A stretch of 32,000 nt of DNA from positions 2,190,001 to 2,222,000 of the forward strand of contig NC_013967.1 of NCBI RefSeq assembly GCF_000025685.1, written 5' to 3'. Under the pieces are notes generated by a model. That model worked only from the letters and a program-made list of their open reading frames with translations, ran no database searches and had not been told where the DNA came from. Source of the stretch: Haloferax volcanii DS2 (GTDB lineage: Archaea; Halobacteriota; Halobacteria; Halobacteriales; Haloferacaceae). Both the position numbers and the translations under genes were made by a program. Positions 27,222 to 32,000 of this stretch are shown piece by piece (within the stretch, counting starts at the first letter, position 1; the number at the start of each line of letters is the position of its first letter).

Positions 27222-27806
27222 ATGCGAACGCGCACGCTGATGGCGCTCTTGCTCCTCATCCCCCTCTCCGACGCGTTGCTGCTCGTGGTCGTCGCGCAGT
27301 ACATCGACCTCGTGCCGACCGTCGCGCTCGTCGTCCTGACCGGGCTCGTCGGGATGCTCATCGTCCGCGCCGAGGGGCGACACACCCTCAGAAGCCTCCA
27401 GTCGAAGTTCGCCGGCGGCGACCTCCCGACGAACGAGGTCATGGACGGCGGCCTGCTCATCGCCGCGGGCGCGTTCCTCCTCACGCCGGGGCTCGTCACC
27501 GACACCATCGGCTTCCTGCTCGCCATCCCGGTGACCCGGTACCCCATCCGCGAGGTGCTCAAGCGCTTCGTCGTCAAGCCGTACCTCGACAAGCGCGCCG
27601 ACGGCTTCGTCACCGGCAACGTCTGGACGACCGGCTTCCCGCAGGGCGACTTCGGTCCCGGCGGTCCCGGTGGCTCGCCCGGCCCGAGCGGCGGAAGCGG
27701 TTCCAGCGGCAGCGGCAGTTCCGGCAGTAGCAGCGGCGGTGACGGCGTCTACGACGCCGACCCCGACTCGTATCGGTTCGACCGCGACAGCAACGACTCC
27801 ACGTAA
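27222..27806 (+). CDS. fxsA: FxsA family membrane protein with Gly/Ser-rich C-terminal tail
   Basis: This is the C-terminal 194 aa of track ORF 25356..27806 (start ATG 27222; MRTRTLMALLLLIPLSDALLLVVVAQYI...). LLTPGLVTDTIGFLLAIPVTR matches the FxsA signature region. The upstream part of the ORF is antisense to the DUF255 gene. Confidence 0.8.
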   Translation: MRTRTLMALLLLIPLSDALLLVVVAQYIDLVPTVALVVLTGLVGMLIVRAEGRHTLRSLQSKFAGGDLPTNEVMDGGLLIAAGAFLLTPGLVTDTIGFLLAIPVTRYPIREVLKRFVVKPYLDKRADGFVTGNVWTTGFPQGDFGPGGPGGSPGPSGGSGSSGSGSSGSSSGGDGVYDADPDSYRFDRDSNDST

Positions 27807-27946
27807 CCGTTTTCGCCGCTCTCGTGTCGGTTGTTCCGAGTGTTTCACCCGCGCAGCCACGCGATTGGCCGGCGTTTCGAGTCCCGCAATCGACCGACGG
27901 CGACGACATTCACTAACACGCACCAACGCGCCTCCGAAAAGAAAGT

Positions 27947-27954
27947 CTTAAAAT
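27947..27954 (+). promoter_or_regulatory. TATA-like box upstream of tRNA-Ile
   Basis: cttaaaat lies 34-41 nt upstream of the tRNA 5' end. This is consistent with a short leader that RNase P would remove. Confidence 0.45.
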
Positions 27955-27987
27955 CAACAGCGCACAACGAGTGAATGCGCTTACCTG

Positions 27988-28061
27988 GGCCAATAGCTCA
28001 GTCAGGTTGAGCGCTCGGCTGATAACCGGGAGGCCCGCGGTTCAAATCCGCGTTGGCCCAC
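27988..28061 (+). tRNA. tRNA-Ile (anticodon GAU)
   Basis: I folded the cloverleaf by hand. Acceptor stem GGGCCAA/TTGGCCC. D stem GCTC/GAGC. Anticodon stem CTCGG/CCGGG with one G-U pair and loop CTGATAA. Five-nt variable loop. T stem CGCGG/CCGCG with loop TTCAAAT. Discriminator A. No encoded CCA. Total 74 nt. Confidence 0.92.
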
Positions 28062-28383
28062 TCCCATCGATAACGTTTCGTTGCCGATGCGAGTCAGGGG
28101 CTGAAACTCCCCGGCCACCCAACTTCTGCGAATATCACCGACCGAGAGAACGCTCGGTCCGTCGTTCGTGCCGTCGGGACGAATCAGCGATGAAGCCTCG
28201 GCTCCCCCGAACGAGGACTATCCAGAGACATAGAACCACTAATGTTTGATGAAACTATCCGATTATTTCGTAGAAACTCACACCGATTTACACAGATTAG
28301 TTCGTATTTATCGGTACATGGTTGGTCGAACGGACAAATGCGGAGAAAGCTATATCACGCAATAGATTGTGGTACCAAATAAC

Positions 28384-28572
28384 ATGGAATACGAACTCAC
28401 CTGTCTGTACGGGTGCGGCCACACCTCCACGGCCGACTCCCGCGAGAGCGTCGGCGTTCTCGCGATGGAGCACATGGACGACGAACACGACACGCCCGTC
28501 GACCCGCTCGAAGCGGGCGAACTCGCGTTGAAGCGCTTCGACGGCGCGTCGCTCCGGCAGGCGCGGCAGTAG
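28384..28572 (+). CDS. Micro-protein (62 aa), Cys/His-containing, hypothetical
   Basis: ATG 28384 within track ORF 28369..28572 (MEYELTCLYGCGHTST...). A TATA-like tatatc (28351-28356) lies 28 nt upstream. Lower local GC. No family recognised. Confidence 0.45.
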   Translation: MEYELTCLYGCGHTSTADSRESVGVLAMEHMDDEHDTPVDPLEAGELALKRFDGASLRQARQ

Positions 28573-28753
28573 CGAACACTCTGAATTCTGTCACGTCTTC
28601 CACTCCGAGTTTCTCTCGGCACCAACCGTTTCACACCTCCGAACGGCGGCGCTGTCGCCCGGTCTCGTGGCTACGCGTCCGTCCCTCCCGAACAAATTTA
28701 CTCAGTTCTGTATCCCAGTAGTATTAAATCCGTACACGCCATACGTGTTGGTG

Positions 28754-28882
28754 ATGCCAACCATCGACGTCTCCGAACACCTGTACCGCCAGATTGAGTC
28801 CGCCGCCGACGGCGAGGACCTCGACGCGGCGATGTGGAAGATGGTCGGCCGGTACCAGCGTGGTAACACGCCCGGCGACTAA
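28754..28882 (+). CDS. Micro-protein (42 aa), possible ribbon-helix-helix-like
   Basis: ATG 28754 within track ORF 28667..28882 (MPTIDVSEHLYRQIESAADGEDLDAAMWKMVGRYQRGNTPGD). A TATA-like gtattaaa (28721-28728) ends 26 nt upstream. The N-terminal beta-strand-then-helix pattern recalls small RHH/antitoxin-like haloarchaeal proteins. Confidence 0.4.
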   Translation: MPTIDVSEHLYRQIESAADGEDLDAAMWKMVGRYQRGNTPGD

Positions 28883-29001
28883 CAGGGTTCGGACCGACCC
28901 TCGACCCCCGACTGCGCGTGCAGTCATCATCAACCTCGCTCGCCGCGACTGCCCTTCCTGCGGCGAGTCCGTTTTCTGAGTGGTTGCTCCCGAGCGTCGC
29001 C

Positions 29002-30024
29002 TCAGCCGAGAACGCCCGTCACGCCGAGGCTCTCTGCGACCAGCCACGCGACGAACAGCGCGTAGGTTCCGAGGAGGACGTACGCCTCGCCGCGCGTCAG
29101 CGCCATCTCGGTCCGGAGGACGGCGAAGAAGACGACCGACGCGCCCGTGAGGAAGCTCATCATCGGAACGACCTCCTCGAACGCGATGACCGCGCCCCCG
29201 GCGACGAGGATGCCGACGGGGAGGGCGACGAGGAGCGCGAAGACGTTGCTCCCGAAGACGTTGGCGAGGCTCATCGGCGCGTTGCCCTGCCGAGCGGCTC
29301 CGACGCTGACGAAGGTGTCCGGCAGGCTCGTGCCGGCGGCGACGACCGTCAGCCCCCAGAGGAACGGCGACGTGCCGAAGGCGTCGCCGAGACCGACCGC
29401 CGCGCGGACGAGCAGTTCGGCTCCGACGAGGATGACCGCGAGCGACCCGCCGAGTGCGAGCCACTCGCGTTTCGGGTTCACGCCGTCGACGACGGCGGTG
29501 AGTCCGGCGCGGTGCTCCAGCGTGTCGTGGTACTGCATGAACAGATACAGCCCGTACAGCCCGAGCGGGATGCACGCCAGCGGGCGCGTGACGAACCCGT
29601 CGAGGCCCGCGGTGTCGGCGGCGGGGCGGTAGATGACCGCAAGCGAGAACGTGAGCACGAGGACGGCGATAGAAAGCAAGTAGAACTGCGCTTCCTTGTA
29701 GACTAAGTCGCGGTTCGAGGCGAGCCGCTGGCCCTCACCGACCAGCGCCGACACGGCCGGGATGATGAGGATGTTGTAGACGGCCGACCCGACGACCGCA
29801 CCGACCCCGATGTCGAACGACTGGTACCGGAGCGTGGCGATGACGATACTCGATAGCTCGGGGAAGCTCGACCCCACGGCGGCGATGATAGCCCCCTGCA
29901 CGATGGCGGGGAGTCCGTAGTACGCGCCCAACCGGTCCGAGGCCTGCACGAGCATGTCGCCGCCCTTCCACGCGAGAATCGCCCCGACGACTGTGAACCC
30001 GACGAGAATCGGAACTGATGCCAC
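29002..30024 (-). CDS. Sodium:calcium antiporter (CaCA family, YrbG-like)
   Basis: 340 aa with a GTG start and about 10 TM. Alpha-repeat motifs GSSFPEL and GTSLPD are diagnostic of the CaCA family. Confidence 0.88.
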   Translation of the reverse strand: MASVPILVGFTVVGAILAWKGGDMLVQASDRLGAYYGLPAIVQGAIIAAVGSSFPELSSIVIATLRYQSFDIGVGAVVGSAVYNILIIPAVSALVGEGQRLASNRDLVYKEAQFYLLSIAVLVLTFSLAVIYRPAADTAGLDGFVTRPLACIPLGLYGLYLFMQYHDTLEHRAGLTAVVDGVNPKREWLALGGSLAVILVGAELLVRAAVGLGDAFGTSPFLWGLTVVAAGTSLPDTFVSVGAARQGNAPMSLANVFGSNVFALLVALPVGILVAGGAVIAFEEVVPMMSFLTGASVVFFAVLRTEMALTRGEAYVLLGTYALFVAWLVAESLGVTGVLG

Positions 30025-30048
30025 GCCCGGATTTCGGCGGCCGGTGAG

Positions 30049-30075
30049 AAAAAACCCGACCCGGCCAGGTGTCGG
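30049..30075 (-). terminator. Hairpin plus T6 (minus strand) downstream of the GNAT gene
   Basis: On the minus strand, CCGAC...GTCGG (30056-30060 and 30071-75) is followed by TTTTTT (30049-30054), about 20-45 nt after the stop at 30094. The T-run is also 25-30 nt upstream of the CaCA GTG start, so it could instead act as that gene's TATA surrogate. Confidence 0.4.
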
Positions 30076-30093
30076 ATTCGACGCTCCGCTCGC

Positions 30094-31317
30094 TCAGAAC
30101 CCCTCGCGCAGGTAGCGGTCCCGCTCTGTGAACACCGAGGCGAGGGCGTCGGCCGCCTCCGCATCAGCGACCGAGAGGCGGTCGGTGCGAGCGAGCGCCT
30201 CGACGGCCCGCGCGCCGACGATGAGTTGCGAGAGCGCCCCGATTTCGACGGTCGCGTCGGGGTCGGCGTCGCGGCCAACCGATTCGACGCTCGCCGCGCC
30301 GTCGGCGACGATGAGGCTGAACGGGCCGTCGTTCCAGTCGCACCGGCCGTCTTCGACCGCGAGGACGAGGTCGCAGGCGGCGTCGGCGGGGAACGAGACG
30401 GCTTCGAGGGCGGCCGGCACGTCCACGATGCGGACCATCGGGCCGGGCTTGAGTTCGACCGTCGCCGCCCGCGGGTCGGTCAGGTCGTCGATGAGCCGGG
30501 AGGATTCGTGTTCCGACGAGAGGACGACCTCGTCGACCTGCGAGTCGTGGTCCCGGAGGAACCGAAACAGGTGGGCGCGGGCCTCGGCGTCGGCGGCGAC
30601 GAGTTCGTCCACGGACAGCGTCCGCGACTCCCAGTCGCCGGTCACGTCGTAGACGACGTAGCCGCGGAGGTCGCCGTCTCGCTCCCAGCCGTAGACGAAC
30701 GGGTCGTCGTCCCACCCGCGGAACAGCCGGTGGCGAATCCAGCCCTCGCTTCGGTCCACCGCGAGGTCTTCGGTCGCCGCGGCCGCGGATACGTCTTTGA
30801 CCCGCTCCCAGTCGCCGGCATCGAGTCGGACGAACTCCCCGGCCGGGTCGGCGGCGACCGCCCCGAGTTCGTCGGGCGGCACCGTCGTCTTCGCGTAGTT
30901 GCTCGCCGTCGCCCAGCCGAACCGGCGGTAGAAAGCGTACTCGAACGGCCAGAGCGCCGAGAGATACCGGCCGGTGTCGCGGAACTCCGCGAGGAGGGCG
31001 TCGAGCATCGCGGCGACGTGGCCCTGTCGGCGCGCCTCCGGAGGTGAGGCGACCGCCGAGATACCGGGGAGCGGGTGCCACTCGCCGCGGACGCGGGCCG
31101 TGAAGTCGTGGAAGGCACACACCGTCCGCAGGTCGGCCGCGTCGAGGTCCTCGACGGGCGCGTCGGGTGGGGCTTCGTAGAACCCCCGCGGGCGGTAGCT
31201 CTCCGGGTCGGGCAGTCGCTCGTCCGACCAGTCGGGGCCGTTCTCGGGCCGGAAGGCGTAGTTGAGGAACTCGCGGTACGTCTCGCGGTGCTCCTCGGGG
31301 AGGGGACGGAGGTGCAT
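30094..31317 (-). CDS. GNAT family N-acetyltransferase, Eis-like (about 400 aa, with C-terminal SCP2-like region)
   Basis: Start set at the internal ATG (31317; MHLRPLPEEHRETYREFLNYAF...) of track ORF 30094..31527. Acetyl-CoA motif RRQGHVAAMLDALL. The size and layout match Eis-type GNATs. A TATA-like cctatatc lies about 25 nt upstream on the minus strand. Confidence 0.8.
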   Translation of the reverse strand: MHLRPLPEEHRETYREFLNYAFRPENGPDWSDERLPDPESYRPRGFYEAPPDAPVEDLDAADLRTVCAFHDFTARVRGEWHPLPGISAVASPPEARRQGHVAAMLDALLAEFRDTGRYLSALWPFEYAFYRRFGWATASNYAKTTVPPDELGAVAADPAGEFVRLDAGDWERVKDVSAAAATEDLAVDRSEGWIRHRLFRGWDDDPFVYGWERDGDLRGYVVYDVTGDWESRTLSVDELVAADAEARAHLFRFLRDHDSQVDEVVLSSEHESSRLIDDLTDPRAATVELKPGPMVRIVDVPAALEAVSFPADAACDLVLAVEDGRCDWNDGPFSLIVADGAASVESVGRDADPDATVEIGALSQLIVGARAVEALARTDRLSVADAEAADALASVFTERDRYLREGF

Positions 31318-31456
31318 ACCCGCGGTGCGTCGGGGGACGATATAGGTTTTCGGTGCCGCGGGCGCGCAGTCCAGCGATTCGGGCGCGTCGGGACCGGAGT
31401 TCGGGGTCGCTCTCGGAACCGTGCGATTCACGTCGCCTCGGTCCCGAGTCCCGCTC

Positions 31457-31678
31457 ATGAGCGAGACGAAGCAGTCGTTTCTGTCGCGGGGGAACCTCCT
31501 CCTCGCGGCGGTCGTGACACTCGGCATCGTCCTCCCGGGCGTGGCGCGACGCCTCCTCGGCGAGGCCGGCTACAACGACCTCGGGATGGTCGTGTTCACG
31601 CTCGGCTACGCGGGCATGGTCGTTATCGTCTGGTACGGGTGGATTCGCCCGCTCGACATCACCGGTCCGGCCGAGTAG
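31457..31678 (+). CDS. Small membrane protein (2 TM), hypothetical
   Basis: 73 aa from ATG 31457 within track ORF 31421..31678. Two hydrophobic segments (LLLAAVVTLGIVLPGV; MVVFTLGYAGMVVIVWYGW). Confidence 0.5.
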   Translation: MSETKQSFLSRGNLLLAAVVTLGIVLPGVARRLLGEAGYNDLGMVVFTLGYAGMVVIVWYGWIRPLDITGPAE

Positions 31679-31842
31679 CGCGCCCCCGTCCGTCGGGCGT
31701 CACCCGCACCGACAGCGGTGTTCACCGACCCCGGGACCGCACCGACCGCCCGGTCGCCCCAATATCGGGGGGTTCGACCGCCGGTTTCCAACGAGAATAA
31801 CGGAACTTTGATAGTCGATTCGAACCGACCGAGAAAACAAGA

Positions 31843-32000
31843 ATGCTTCCCCTTCAGCTCGTAGACACCTTCCTGCTCGACTACAACATCGGGCAGGCGC
31901 TGTTGCTCGTGTTCGTCCTGTCGACGGTCGGAACGCTGCCGCTGAAGTCCCGGCACATCCTCGGCATCAACGCCACGCTGTTCGGGCTCATCTTCCTTCT
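31843..32000 (+). CDS. Partial ORF (5' end) of a hydrophobic protein, runs off the window
   Basis: ATG 31843 opens MLPLQLVDTFLLDYNIGQALLLVFVLSTVGTLPLKSRHILGINATLFGLIFL... with no stop before the window end. High third-position GC. It is not in the supplied track because it is open-ended. Confidence 0.45.
   Translation, partial: MLPLQLVDTFLLDYNIGQALLLVFVLSTVGTLPLKSRHILGINATLFGLIFL

Noticed and set aside
27650-27745. GGC/AGC-rich simple repeat.
   Set aside because: It is in frame within the fxsA-like gene and encodes the Gly/Ser tail. This is low-complexity coding sequence, not a satellite or regulatory repeat.
27988-28990. Calling an integrated provirus or genomic island at tRNA-Ile.
   Set aside because: There is no integrase, no att-like duplication of the tRNA 3' end in the window, and only about 0.9 kb of atypical DNA. 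I reported it only as a compositional oddity.

Overview
High-GC haloarchaeal chromosomal segment. Hand-counted sample lines are about 67% G+C. The proteins are acidic, and many genes have a TATA-like box 23-28 nt upstream of the start codon, as expected for leaderless transcripts. Gene content looks Haloferax-like. I support about 36 protein genes, mostly housekeeping, transport and regulation. They include a DUF3311 plus sodium:solute symporter pair, pdxS, thrB, mptA, a 7TM-PAS histidine kinase, a TetR plus MATE operon, TrmB-type and ArsR-like regulators, a CaCA antiporter, fxsA and two GNATs. There is one tRNA-Ile(GAU) and one apparently complete ISH3-like insertion sequence. I saw no CRISPR array, cas gene or rRNA. 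The stand-out is an AT-rich islet of about 2.1 kb (about 5985-8100; sampled lines 32-47% G+C). It holds the IS and a single low-GC 170-aa ORF (7517..8029) with an R-N-x3-H motif in a DUF4145/HEPN-like context, making it a candidate orphan HEPN-type RNase or toxin. The islet sits directly upstream of a Csa3/CARF-like plus wHTH regulator (8162..9088), although the window has no CRISPR-Cas. A second compositionally odd stretch follows the tRNA (28062-28990). It has two leaderless micro-ORFs but no integrase or att duplication. All family assignments come from reading the translations by eye, with no database search, so they are recognition-level calls.
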